Source: Octopus vulgaris (taxonomy: Eukaryota). From it: 64,000 bases of DNA. Shown here piece by piece: positions 30,203 through 43,572 of this stretch. How positions within the stretch are numbered: the stretch's first letter is position 1; every line of letters begins with the position of its first letter. The DNA lies in NCBI GenBank assembly GCA_951406725.2, contig OX597841.1, positions 6,882,001 through 6,946,000 on the forward strand. The letters run 5' to 3'. Under the pieces are notes generated by a model, which was not told where the DNA came from, did no database searches, and worked only from the letters and a program-made list of their open reading frames with translations. The position numbers were made by a program, and so were the translations under genes.

Positions 30203-31697
30203 CACACACACACACGTGTGTCTGTGTAGGTGTGTATATATCTATGTGTGCATGTCTTTGCGTTTGTCTCCCACAGCCACTCGGCAACCAGTGTTGGTGT
30301 GTTTACATCGATGTGACTTAGCAGTGGGGCAAAGGACATTGACAGAATAAACAGGAGGCTTTACAAAACTGAGTGCTAGCTGTGGTCAAGTGAGAGAAAG
30401 AAGTAAAAGATAAGAGAAAAGGTAGGAAGGGCATCCAGCCATAGCAACCCTGTCTAATCAGATTGGAACCTGGTGCAGCCCTCCTGTTTACCAGTTTCAG
30501 TCAAGTTGTCCAACCCATGCCAGCATGGAAAGCAGACACTAAATGATGATGATGATGATGATATATATATACCTGGGAATGGTCGTATTTTGCCAATTTG
30601 TTTTTCGGTTGAGCTTATTAATATTTTAAGAGGAGACACATGGGATGGAGAGTGACTGAAGAGGTCACAGGATGTGTGAGGAAAGAGCTGAGATGGAAAA
30701 TAATAAGAATGATGGGAAGAGTGCATTTGGTTAATTGGCAAACATATGACCATCCCCAAGGATAACAATGTCTGTTTCAACACACAATTTCACATCAGGA
30801 ATCTTGTGAAACAATCAAATAAATGTGTGTGTGTGGATAGCTTTGTTAGATATTGTAGAATTCATGTTGACTGCAACTTCGTTTCATCAACCAGTCACTG
30901 TTCTGTTGTCATTCTTTATCTTGCTTAAAAATAATGACTTCATGTTAATTACACACACACACACACACACACAGGTGTTTGCTAAGCTTGTTACAATGCA
31001 GAAAATGTATTTCTTAAAAGGTTATTGAGAGAGAAAGAGAGAAATCTCTGGCTTCTCATCTCTTGTATTGCATTGTAAAGATCTTCCAGAAGCAAACCAT
31101 TCCTTATGCTGCATTGCTTCGGCCCAAAACCTGCGCTCTGTCATATATGCATGCACCAGTGCCTTTTCTAATCTGTGTTTCTATGTTCATGCTTGCCTCT
31201 GCTTCTACGCGCATTAGATGCTGTCGATAGGCTGAGAGGGACTGACGTTCCTTCCAGGAGATAGATTTTACTTCACTTCGCTTCATCACGCCTTTCCTCA
31301 ATTTTTCTGCTGAAATTGGTATTGTTGTTGAGAGATGCACAAGGTCACCTTGGAATGTTACTGTCCTATGTCTGCTTTCCTATCCAAGGCATGTGTGTGG
31401 TGTGTGGTCTCTCTCTCTCTACTTTCTATTCTTCACTATTCTACAGACAAAGGACACACGGACACACACTCTCTCTCACACACACACACATATATATCTC
31501 CTCACTTTAGCTCTACAATACGACTGCAAGGTGTGTGATGACATTAATGGCCAGGTACCAGCTGATGGTATGGTGATGGTATGGAAGTGATAACATGATT
31601 GTGTATCACCGGATGGTATGGTGATTGGAGGTGGGTGGATGGCTGAAAGTAAGGTGGTAGTACGAGGCAGTATGGAGAGAGAGAGAGAGTAAGGTGA

Positions 31698-31940
<243 letters not shown>

Positions 31941-33259
31941 TAAATTTGAAGTCTGATCTCCTTGTTTGGATGTGTGTGAATGAGGAGGAATGATTTTGTG
32001 GTTAAGAAGCTCGCTCTGCTGCAAACTACGTGCTTCTGGGTTCAATCCCATTAACTGGCATCTTGGGGAAGCGTTGTGCAACATTGGTGGTGAGCTTGTC
32101 AGAGAAATTGGACACAATTCTCTGGAAACTGTGGAGAAGCCTGTCGGAAGAAATGTACCTGTAAAACAAAGACTAAGCTTGTTTCACCTGCATACTGTCT
32201 TTCTGCATGAAGATAGAAGCTATGGAATACTCGACCACTCTCGGGTAGAGGGGAGATGGAATATTGTTCAGATGCAATAACCAGTTCAGCCGTTCCATCA
32301 TAGAGGGATGGATGAATGTTATAAATCACTTTGGGGGGCTTAAATATTGCTTGGAAGGCTGTTTCTCAATCATTTTTTTTTTTACCTAGGGACTCTTTTG
32401 ATTGCTATCTTTCTCTGGTCGACCCTTTTAGCCATCCGATGTTTAAAAAATCATATTATATATTTATTATTAGATATTATCAGGAATTGTTTTAAAAAAG
32501 ATTGTGGAAGCAAAACCAATTTGTTGCCTGTAAATTTTTAACAACAAAATCTTTTGTGGCCCCTACAGGGAATCCATATGGACCCTGGTTGCAAACCACT
32601 GCTGTGAGGGAAGTATAGGGCTAAAGGTGGAAGGGACACAACTGAATTACCACCCCTGATATATGAATGTGAGATAACAGATGGGTTTCTATTTAAAAGT
32701 GTCGTTTTGTCGGTGGCCGATTGAAAAGCTTGGCAAGAAGATGGCTGCTGCTTCTGTTAGCTGAGCAGGATGAAAACCTCTTGAAAGATCTCATTACGAA
32801 TAAGATATCATATATATTTATATAGGCACAGGCATGGCTGTGTGGTAAGAACCTTGCTTCCCAACCACATGGTTCCAGGTTCAGGCCCACTGCATAGCAC
32901 CTTGGGCAAGTGTCTTTTACTATAGCCTCAGGTCGACCAAGGCTTTGTGAGTGGATTTTGGCAGATGGAAACTGAAAGAAGCCCATCATATATATGTGCG
33001 TATGTCTGTGTTTGTTCCCATCACCACTGCTTGACAACTGATGTTGGTGTCTTTACATCCCCATGACTTAGCAGTTTGACAAAAGAGACCAATAGAATAA
33101 GTACCAAGCTTAAAAAATTAGCACTTGATTGAAAATCCAAGGTGGTGCCCCAGCCTGGCCACAGCTTAATGACTGAAACAAGTAAAAGATAAAAGATATA
33201 TGAGGGTGCATGGCCTAATGGTGAGGGTGTTGCACTCGTGCCGGGGTCTGCCCGGAGAT

Positions 33260-33985
33260 GGCCCTGAATGAGGACTTTTGCCACTATTCATAGAAAAGGT
33301 GCCAGGGAGAAATTCTAAGAGCGAAGGCCAAGGAGAATCGCAAAGAAGTTCCTGAACAAGTTGAAGTATCCGAGTGAACGGGGACAATTTGGCTCTTCTC
33401 AGCTGAAAAGAACTTCTACCAGGAGTGGTTGCATGACACCCAGAAACAGCAGGGTTGTTGCCTACAAACAATTTCATGAAAACCAAGTTCCCCTAAACTG
33501 TGATGGGCTCTGGGTGTATCTCCAGTTAGGGTGAGATGTCCTGCATCTTTGGAAAGGGTTTAAAGGCTCAATTTAGACAGCAATGTAAACATACTGGAGA
33601 TGATTGTCAAAGCCTGGCAGGAGAGGCTTGGTACTGGAAGGCCATATGTGTGTGGCAGAAGGATTTGGCTCTTTGCCATCCCCCTGGACACAGTCAGAAG
33701 TAGTTATCAGAGAAATTTTATGACTTGTCCAGCCCCAGTTTTTGGCCCCGCCTAATTAATTGTAATCCCATGGGTTACTATGTGTGGGGCACAGTTGAGA
33801 AAGACAGCAGTTCTTCCTGTAGCACCCTGGCCAACATAGTAAGGAACAAATGTGCCAGGTTCCAGAGCCATCTTGAGGCCGTGATGGAAGCTGAGTGAAG
33901 CTACTCTGAAGAAGCTGTTATCACCCAACCATAACCTAGTTGATAGTTGGCCAGTTTTGTTTTCAAAATGCTTTTATTTTTCACT
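33260..33985 (+). mobile_element. Tc1/mariner (DDD, maT-like) transposase remnant in S6K intron
   Basis: CNPMGYYVWGTVEK (derived from SPD.NP.DY.VW) and C-terminal RFQSHLEAVMEAE. Confidence 0.6.
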
Positions 33986-34121
33986 GGGATGTTGTGTTTT
34001 CTTGCCCTTCCTTGCAAACTTCCTCTATATATATATGTGTGTGGATGTATGTATATTTATATATATATATGCTGTGTGTATATTACTCTATCTGTTCCTG
34101 TTTTTTGTTTTTTTTAACCAG

Positions 34122-34229
34122 AGTGGAGATGAAGATGTTAGCCATTTTGACAGTAAATTCACCAGACAGACCCCTGTCGATTCCCCTGATGACACCATTC
34201 TTAGTGACAGTGCTAACGAGTTATTTCTG
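34122..34229 (+). CDS. RPS6KB1: p70 S6K exon with turn motif
   Basis: TTTTAACCAG acceptor; 108 nt encoding SGDEDVSHFDSKFTRQTPVDSPDDTILSDSANELFL (turn-motif Ser in TPVDSP); GTTAGT donor. Confidence 0.95.
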
Positions 34230-34888
34230 GTTAGTATGTCCATGCATGCCACCCTATCTACACGTCTGTCTGTCTGTCTCCATCTCTCTGCCATTCTCTT
34301 TGCCTCCCTCTGTCTCCATCTCTCTGCCATTCTCTTTGCCTCCCTCTGCAAGGATTTCTCTGCCAGGCTATCTTCCTGTCTCTCTGTTTGTCTATCCTTC
34401 TTTCTCAATCTGCTTATCTGTCTGTCTGTTTGTCTTTGTCTTCCTTCCTCCACCCCCTTCATCCTTCCCTTCCTTCCTTATTTGGTTGAAGTATTCTTAG
34501 ATTTTCGGCAACAACCTCCAAGGCACCTTCAGGGTTTACCTTATTGTTGTTTGCTTTTACATGACCAGTTCCAAACCTCATCCACACACCTCAACCAACA
34601 GCAAACTGGACGTTTTACACTTTCTGCCTCTTATCGTTAGCAACCATATATTCTATGCAAACCACACTACAACCTAAGAACCAAGATTTTTCTGAAATCT
34701 TAATTATTTCACTTTTGGTAGTTTTCAAAGAATCAGGTAATTTCCGGTTGATAATATTTTCCTTAGTTCCTTGGCAGTGTCCCTAAGAGCCATTTATTTG
34801 TACTTCCAGACGACTCGGGGCTTTCCTGGTATTTGGCCAGAGTGTTTCAGAGGAATGTTTCTTAATCTTAGGTCATTAATATTATTAA

Positions 34889-35612
34889 GGTGGTGAGCTG
34901 GCAGAATCGTTAGTACGCTTGACGAAATGCCTAGTGGTATTTCAACCACCCCTACATTCTGAGTTCAAATTCCGCTGAGATCAACTTTGCCTTTCATCTT
35001 TTCGGGATTGGTAAATTAAGTAGCAGTTGCATACTGGGGTCAATCTAATCAACTGGCCCCTCCCCACAAATTTCAGGCCTTGAGCCTATAATAGAAAGGA
35101 TTATTATTTTTATTATTATTATCATTATTATTAAGGTAGCAAGCTGGCAGAATTGTTAGTGTGCTGGGCGAAATGCTTAGCAGTATTTTGCTTGTCCCTA
35201 CATTCTGAGTTCAAATTCTGCCGTGGTTGACTTTGCCTTTCATCCTTTCAATTAAATAAGTACCAGTTATGCACTGGGGTCAATACAATCGACTTAATCC
35301 CTTCCCCCAAATTTGAGGCTTTGTGCTTCCAGTGGAAAGGATAATAATAATAATAGTAATAATAATAATTATAATTATAATGTTATTATTATTATGGAAG
35401 CAGGGAGATGGCAGAGTAGTTAGTGTGCTGGACAAAATGCTTTAGCAGTGTTTCGCCTGGCGCTAGGTTCTGAGTTCAAATCCTGCCGAGGTTAACTTTA
35501 CCTTTCATCCTTTTGGGGTTGATAAAATAAGTACCAGTTGAACACTGGGGGTCAATGAAATCAATTCATCCTTTCCAACAAGACTGCTGCCCTTGAGGCA
35601 AAATCTGGAACC
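34889..35612 (+). mobile_element. Three head-to-tail copies of a ~210-bp tRNA-derived SINE
   Basis: Copies start at ~34889, ~35135 and ~35397. Each reads GCTGGCAGAAT.GTTAG...CTGAGTTCAAAT, and they are separated by (ATT)n/(AAT)n. Confidence 0.85.
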
Positions 35613-36037
35613 ATTTTTATTATTATTATTGGTATTAAATAATGGTCGGTGTTGATGTTGTTGACTTTGTCTCGCAAACCGAAGAGACTGACCCATTTAA
35701 GGCTTTCTGTGGGAGGAACTAGGGTGTTGGTGGCGGTAGTGTATACAATATAGGGGTGGGAGAGAGAGAGGGTGGGGGTGAGTTGGAAATGAATGAGTGG
35801 AAGACAGGATGGTCACAGTTGGAACATCTATGATCATAGGTTTGCTGGAGTTAAACAACAAGGAAGGATACATTAAATGATGTTCTCCTAGATACACTAT
35901 GTCTGAATAAACCTAAATATACATTTCAGTTTTTATGCGAGGAAAAAGGGTTTAGGGCGGGGAAGAAGGGTTTGGTCTCTGATTGTTCTTCAAGTTCTTA
36001 AATAATTTTCTTCTTTTTTCTTCTGAACTGTTTCCAG

Positions 36038-36132
36038 GGTTTCACATATGTGGCGCCATCTGTCTTCACTGAATTACTCAAATCAAAGTCTCCACGTCGT
36101 CAACTGATGGCTGGTTTCCGTGGACCAACAAG
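36038..36132 (+). CDS. RPS6KB1: p70 S6K exon with hydrophobic motif (Thr389 equivalent)
   Basis: TTTCCAG acceptor; encodes GFTYVAPSVFTELLKSKSPRRQLMAGFRGPT plus 2 nt; GTAAAG donor (phase 2). This exon is not in the supplied ORF track. Confidence 0.93.
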
Positions 36133-36559
36133 GTAAAGCTAAATCCACCACCGTGTATATAACATGTGTATATCTCAGTTTCTCCCTTCAAATATTCATT
36201 TATTTATACACACATGTATGTTTGTATGTATATATATATATATATATATATATAGAAAGAGAGAGATACATATGTATAGGAGAATAATCTTATAGCTTTG
36301 TTTTATAACTTTGTTAAACCGAAGAATAAAAATAAAAGTATATATGTATACACATACACACTCATATATATGTATAGATATGTACAAATACATGCAGATA
36401 TACATACATATATGTATAAGATATGTACACATGCATATATATATATATACACACACACTCACATACACATATATACATATACATACAGACATTTACAGGA
36501 TAGAAAAGCAAAACTTGGAAAAGCCAAAAAGAATTTGGAAATGTTTATTTGTAGATGGA

Positions 36560-37710
36560 AGGGTCAACATTAAGCAAGATTATTTATCCTTAAGTTATTG
36601 CTGCCAATAATAGAGAGTCTGCTCTAATGTGACCCCCAATATTGTCTGTCACCAATTGGATATGGCATCTGAAGTTTGGGCAATTTGGCCCATTCTTTCT
36701 TCAAAACCTGCGTGAGGTGTTCAGTGCTAAGATGACAAACTCTGTTGGTAGACTGCTCTAAAGTGCCTCAACTAGAATAGTCCAGTGGATTCGAGTCGGG
36801 GCTGGAGAAGGGCTACGAATCAGCAAAATTGTCCCTTCATTGCTTTTGTACTTCCTTTGCTGTATGAGCAGGTGTTCCATCCTGAATCTACATATAATTA
36901 CGTTTAGGGTAATTAGCTAATTAGGCTAAAGCAGGACATGCTATCTTCACGCTTTGTAATGGACATCAGCACCGATTCTATCAGGAGAATGTAAAAAATG
37001 TTGGGCCATTGTTTTTCTTTTGTCATCTGATGCCACAACTGCCTCCCCTGAGCAGGATGCTTTGCTCTGTAGACACCCTTCACTTGAGATAGTGATTCAA
37101 CAATAAACCAATCGTTTCGTCTGTTCACAACAGAATCCACAGTGAAGATTTTCTCGTCAGAAACTATTTTCCACAGTGGATCCTGACCTCTTCAGGAAGG
37201 CACAACACTTTTTTGCTCTCTCAAGCTTCCTGACTTTCATTGAATCGGTCAGGGGGTGTCTTGGAGTTGGCACAAAATGTTGCAGGATTCAATCACAGTG
37301 AACAGTATTTCTAACAGTCTTGGTATCAATTTTCATTTCAGTTGTCAGTTTTGTCAGAGATGTGGTTGGATCCTTTGAAATTTTAGATTTGAGGGCCTTC
37401 AGGTATGCTGGATCTCACTTGTTATTGGTTGCTTCAGTTTCTTCTGAATACCTCTGGTGTTATCCAAATAGTTCTTGATGTCGTAAACTGTGCTTAACGA
37501 CACATTAACCAACTCAGAAATTTGCTTGATGGTCATCTCCTGCCCAGAGCAAATCAGCAATGCATTGTCTCTTTGCTCATTGAGATGACAACAGAGTTGG
37601 ACTTGCACATGAGAAACCAATTGAAGTTGTTACTACGAGATTTAATACTGAAGATAAGATTATAAAATTTGTTAGAGTGAGAAGCTTTGGATCTCAGCTA
37701 TTGACTCTCC
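36560..37710 (-). mobile_element. Decayed Tc1/mariner (DDD, maT-like) transposon in S6K intron
   Basis: Minus strand shows an HTH-like KQISELVNVSLSTVYDI and catalytic-motif remnants SDEKIFTVD, QDGTPAHT and SPDSNPLDY. Confidence 0.75.
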
Positions 37711-37767
37711 CTCCCTCTCTCCCTCCCTCTCTCTATATATATATGTGTATGTGTATATAGTTATTTG

Positions 37768-38743
37768 TTATTCAATTAAAGGTTACAACTCATGTATTAA
37801 AGTGCTACAAATAGTTTCCTGTTGAGAAAACTGAAACATAATCTTTGGGTGCAAACCACGTATCATAACAAACTAAAGAAATTGAATAATAGAAGAAACG
37901 CGAAAAAAACTGAGAAGACAGCATGAAGAAAATGTAGAGAGAAAGAAGAGAAAATGGAAAACTAAAATGTCAAAAATAAAAAGTAAAAAGGTAAAAGAGT
38001 TATCCTCCTAAGACCTTAAATGATAAGGCTGGAAAGACATCAAGTCGGTCAGGGGTAGGTGGAATTTTCCAATTTTTCAAAATATATTTATACATATGCA
38101 CGCAACCACTGAAAATTTCTGACCTGGAGTTCAATAGAGAGTTAGGGATCTCTGATCTGAACAGGATCTGCGCTCTTTCAGCCAAAGTCTATATTTATTC
38201 GATCTGTTCACATAAGATATGGATTTTTCAATTACCTTCCATTTAATCCCATGTGGCGTTTCGTTATCTTTCAAACTCCATACGTAGCTAGCCAACTTAG
38301 TAGCTTTACTTTCGTCCCTCTGTTGGAAGGAGCTGATGTGATTAGCAGAGCGATTTTTCAATTCACCTTCACATAATCCAATATAGGTCTTCCTATCGCT
38401 TGTATTATGATTTCGGATTGTAGTGACTTCTGCCTATTCCTGACTGACTTCATATCTTTCCAGCCTTATCATTTAAGCTCTAAGGTGGAGAGCTCTTTTA
38501 CCTTTTCTGACCTTTTTACACTCTAGTTTCTGTTTTCCACTTTCCATTTTCTGTTTTTTGCTTTCCATTGTTTACTGTCTGCATTTTTCTGCACGCTGCC
38601 TTAGTTTTTTTCGAGTTCCTTTAATTATTCAATTTCTTTAGTAATGATAATTAGTTTGTGCCTGAGGAATATTTTGGAGTTTTCTCAACACATGAAACTA
38701 TTAGCAGCACTTAAAGACATGTATTGTGTCCTTTAAGTAAATA
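37768..38743 (-). mobile_element. Penelope-like element remnant: GIY-YIG fragment between inverted ~300-bp pseudo-LTRs
   Basis: Minus-strand ~38400-38130 reads YIGLCEG.LKNRSANHISSF...TKLASYVWSLKD...IKWKVIEK. The arms ~37768-38060 and ~38432-38743 are reverse complements. Confidence 0.75.
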
Positions 38744-38988
38744 GTATTCATCTCTCACCAGATGGAGTACTTTTTGTTGAATTTTCTATCACGGAACAGT
38801 ACATTATATATACATATATATATATGTGTGTATGTGTGTGTATATATAACCTTCTGTCTGTATTTATTCATGTGTATATATACATATTTCTTTTCTATAT
38901 AATCATTTGTGTATGGATGTATATATATATATATTTTATCTGTATATATATTTATGCGTATATATGTATTCTGTATTTATTTGTGCAG

Positions 38989-39196
38989 TCCATCAACCAT
39001 GGCCCCTTTGATGGATGGATGCCTAGCAGGACATAGCTCAATGCGAGATGACCCAGAAGCAATGGACACATCTTCTGTTGCCCTCACTCTACCAAAACGG
39101 TCTCGATCACCAGCGATAGCAGCCAGCAGCAGGGTAGACAACCCATGCCCTCCACTCGACAGTCGAGGCCCTCGTCCCAATTACCGGCGGCACTGA
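38989..39196 (+). CDS. RPS6KB1: p70 S6K terminal coding exon
   Basis: TTGTGCAG acceptor whose phase matches the previous donor (AG|T = Ser). Reads SPSTMAPL...DPEAMDTS...PRPNYRRH followed by TGA. It is a GC-richer island within AT-rich DNA. Confidence 0.8.
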
Positions 39197-39393
39197 CATT
39201 CATTCAATATAGGAAACACTTTTACTACAAACTCGTTGTTGTTCTTCTTCTTTTTTTCTCTTGCCTTTTTTTTGTTTTTTTGTTTAATTCGATTCCTCTG
39301 ACTCTTGAGATTTTTATTCATTTATATATACACCCACACGCACACATATGTATATATGCATGCGTATGTATGCATTCTCTCTCTCTCTCTCTG

Positions 39394-39428
<35 letters not shown>

Positions 39429-40778
39429 ATCTATGTATATATGTAGTGAGTGGAGGAACATGGCTCAGTGGGTAAGGTATTCAGTTAATGATCAGAAGCT
39501 CATGAGTTCAATCTTCACTGGCACGTCCTTGAGCAAGACACTTTATTTCACATTGGCAAAAATGAGTTGTACTCACAATTCAAAATGGCCAGCCTTGTCA
39601 CATTCTGTGTCACTCTGAACTTTGCTGATAACTGTGCTAAGAGTAAACATGTCTGTGGTGCACTCAGCCACTTGCATGTCAATTTCACGTGCAGTCCGTT
39701 CCGTTGATTGGATCACCTGGATCCGTTTTTGTAACTAACAGAGTCCCAAGAACCCACTACACTCTCGGAGTGGTTGGCATTAGGAAGGGCATCCAGCTGT
39801 AGAAACAGTGCCAGTTCAGACTGGAGCCTGGGGCAGCCTCCTGGCTTCCCAGAACCGTCCAACCCATGCCAGCATGGAAAACGGACATTAAACGATGATG
39901 ATGATGTTATATGTATGTAAGTATATCTTGTATTTAGAGCTGAGGCTATGTGGGTGAGAAGTCCGCTTCCTAACCATGTGGTTTCAGGTTCAGTCCCACC
40001 GCATGGTACCTTACAGCAAAGGCCTGCTACAATAGCCCTGGGGCAATCAGTGATTCATCAGTGGATTTGGTAGATGAAAACTGAAAGAGGCCACACACAC
40101 ACGTGTTTGTGTGTGCATGAAAGAGGATTTCTGTCTGCTTATGTGTATATAAATGTGTGTGTGTGTGCTAACGTATGCATTATGGAGAAGGAAAACAGAA
40201 GGAAGAAAAAGAAATGAAAGTGATTAAGGGAAAGAAGGAGGGAGAGAGTTGTGCGTGAATGTGGCTGTTGCATGCATGTGCAGGTCTGTGCATATAATCT
40301 CATTCATGTGAATGTGTGTGAGGAAGGTATGGGCAGTGTGTGTGTGTGTGAGAGAGAGAGAGAGACTGTCTGACATATATATGATGTGTGTGTGTGAATG
40401 TCACGGGGTGGAGACATGTTGTATGGGGAGCAGTCCCAAGAAGGTGTGTGGTGAGTTGAGACCAAATGGTGTACGAGTCAGTAGTGAGAAGATGAAACAT
40501 TGTGCCATGCGAAATCTAGGAGCTAAGGATCTGTTGAGCAACATTAAGCTGAACATTCAGGTGTTGTGTAAAGTGGTTCACTGAGCAGAGAGGACAGGAA
40601 AGGAGTGTTTGTTTCTAGAGATGGATATCTTATAAGTATTTGGTGAATCGATCCACTCAACAATGATGACCGGTTCGGGCAGTGTATAAAGCCCCACAAG
40701 GAGTGCATTTGATGCAGTAGATGACATTCGTGATGGTGGAGGAGAAAGAGTTAAGGATGCCTTTACTTAGATATGTGT

Positions 40779-40955
40779 ATAAGAGCGAGGTGCTGAGAAG
40801 GTCCTGGATTTAAGGGTATCGGGGAAGGACTGGTTGGTGGCCCAACCTTCCAAGTATTTTACAGGGATTAGGAAAACAAAAAGGGAATATGTTCAATGAA
40901 ATCGTCCTCTTGTATTTTGTTTTACCGAAAACAAGGAACTTTACGCCTTCCAACA
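40779..40955. mobile_element. Mariner-derived MITE (decayed)
   Basis: Imperfect TIRs GAGGTGCTGAGAAGGTCCTGG ... AAGGAACTTTACGCCTTCC. Confidence 0.4.
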
Positions 40956-42039
40956 TGTGTGTGTATGTGTGTAGCTATATCTACATCTGCCTTTCTTTCT
41001 CTGTGTGTATATATATATATAGACACGTGTGTGTGTGTGTACTTTTGCACATGTTTCAATGCAAATCCATGCACCGAGACATGCATACAGGAGTGTATAC
41101 ACACATGAATGCATATGTATAAAGATGTACAAATGTTGACAAAAATATCTGCAGATAGCTTTAGACATATGTAAGCACACACACACACCAACATATATGT
41201 AAATTCATATGAAAACATGTCCTTCTGTGCTTCTTGGTTTTACATCCAGCTTTTCTACGTTAGCATGGGTCAGGTGGATATATTATTGAGTCACCGTTTT
41301 ACACCTGGATGGCCTTTCTATTGTTACCTGGTTTTTAATAAATGGATCGGTTATTCCATGCACCTTTGAAGGTGCCAGCAGATGGTTTGTTGAAGTAAAC
41401 GACTCTTTGGGAAATACATATATATGCATATTTACACAGGTAAGAACCACCCATTACACTCCAGGAGTGGTCAGCATTAGGAAGGGCATCCAGCTGTAGA
41501 ATCCATGCCAAATCAGACTGGAACCTGGTGAAGCCCTCCAGCTTACCATTTCCTGTCAGACCATTTAACCCATGCCAGCCAAATGATGATGATGATGATA
41601 GAAGCTAAGAAAAATCGTGACCATCCATACATACAGGCTGTCCTTTATGTCCATGCCCCCACGCCCTCTCGATGAGTCTTTGTCTTGCGGGTACCAGTGC
41701 CACATAAAATGCATTCGGGCCAGAGGCACATAAGGAGCACCAGTAAAGTGGTTGGCGTCATACAGCCATAGAAACCATGCCAAAAGAAACAATTGGGGCC
41801 TGACCAGCTCCTGTCCAAACTTCCAGCCATGCCAGCATGGAAAGCATGTTAAACGACGACAGAGGAGGAAGAACATGTGTATGGACGTGTGAATATAACT
41901 ACAAACACCTACAATAAGCCTAAAATGTGGTTGTCAGTGAATGTTGGGGGTGAGAACATAGATTGTTCAAGTGAAACATTAATCATTAGCTAGTTTTATG
42001 CGTCAATCAGAAGAATGTGGTTGTTTTACTCGTAAGGTA

Positions 42040-42280
42040 AGGAATAAAGTATAATGAGTTATTGGTGATTGAGATGGAACACAACTGACTGTTTGTAAAA
42101 CTATGAACATAAAACAGGTAAGTATATATGGGTTAAGGAACAATGTTTCTTCCATTGAAAAGCACTTAGGGAAATGCCACACTCAAGACATCCAGGTTTC
42201 CATTGAAATTACAGAAAGAAACATTGGGAACCCGAGAATAAAAGAAGCTATTTTAATTAACAAGTACAACCCTCATATTG
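42040..42280 (+). mobile_element. PLE GIY-YIG C-terminal remnant
   Basis: SSIEKHL...RIKEAILINKYNPHI resembles the PLE endonuclease S.I..H...KEA..I....P.LN motif. Confidence 0.5.
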
Positions 42281-43131
42281 GTTTCAAATTTTGGCACAAG
42301 GCCAGCAATTTCTGAGGAGGTTATAAGTCAATTACATCGACCCCAAAGATTTACCAAAGAATTTTGTAAATTCAACTACTTTTTACTCATACATACACAC
42401 ACATATATAATTATATATAAATGCTTTAAATATTCCTTCTAATGCCAAAAGCTGTGTCCTCAAAGGCGTTGTGAGTTATCTCCACAACTGAGAAGTTACT
42501 CTTCAGCTTCTCCTTATATCTGAGCCATGGTCAACCAACATTCTGTGCCACTATCTCAGCTGGCTGTAAAAGATAACCTTGGGTATTCTTTGTCATTCAT
42601 TTTGAGGATATGCCCAGCCCAGCACAACTGCGAATGCTTAAGGAGGCTCTCGATTCTACCAATCTTACACTTGCTAAACAAATCAACATTATATATCTCT
42701 ATACATCTGCCAAAACCTTACAAGCAACAACATGCCAATTCAAACCGAACATATTTAGTGAGGTATCTTCTTTAAAACAAGACACCTGATAAGATGCATC
42801 TGCACCAGGGGATGCAACACAACCGGTTGTAAAGTATTCCACTAAGAAAGGACCAATCCAAGATGGTTCCTTTTTCCCTCATACATATATATACATACAC
42901 ACGCACACACATATATATATATATATTCTTTTACTAGTTTCAGTCATTTGACTGCAGCCATACTAGAGTACGACCTTTAGTCAAACAAGTCGACTCCAAG
43001 ATTTATTCGTTGTAAGCCTAGTAATTATTCTATTGAACTTTCTTACCAAACCGCTAATTATGGGGACATAAACACACCACCATCAGTTGTCAAGTGATGA
43101 TGGGGTGATAAACACTCACACACACAAATAC

Positions 43132-43185
<54 letters not shown>

Positions 43186-43519
43186 TTACGATGGTTTTCT
43201 TTCAGTTTCCATCTATGAAATCCACACACAAAGCTTTGATTGGCCCAAGGCTATAGTAGAAGACACTTGCCCAATGGTGCTATGCAGTGGGACTGAACCC
43301 GGAACCATGTGGTTGAGAAGCAAACTTCTTACCACTCAGCCACTTCTGTGCCTATATATATATATAAATAAGAAAATGGAGGAACAAATTCATTTCGATG
43401 ATCAACTTACGGATATTACAATTTCATATTATTTATTAATTATACAAATAGGAACATGAAAATGGAACAAAACAATATACATCAATATGCAAATTAATAA
43501 TAAAATATATGTAAATGTT

Positions 43520-43562
<43 letters not shown>

Positions 43563-43572
43563 GTATATATAT

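Noticed and set aside
31104-31340. 78-aa minus-strand ORF near S6K
   Set aside because: No recognisable motif or splice support, and it is not a kinase exon.
33957-34640. 227-aa ORF as a whole protein
   Set aside because: Only 34122-34229 is S6K-like and bounded by splice sites. The rest is low-complexity intron.
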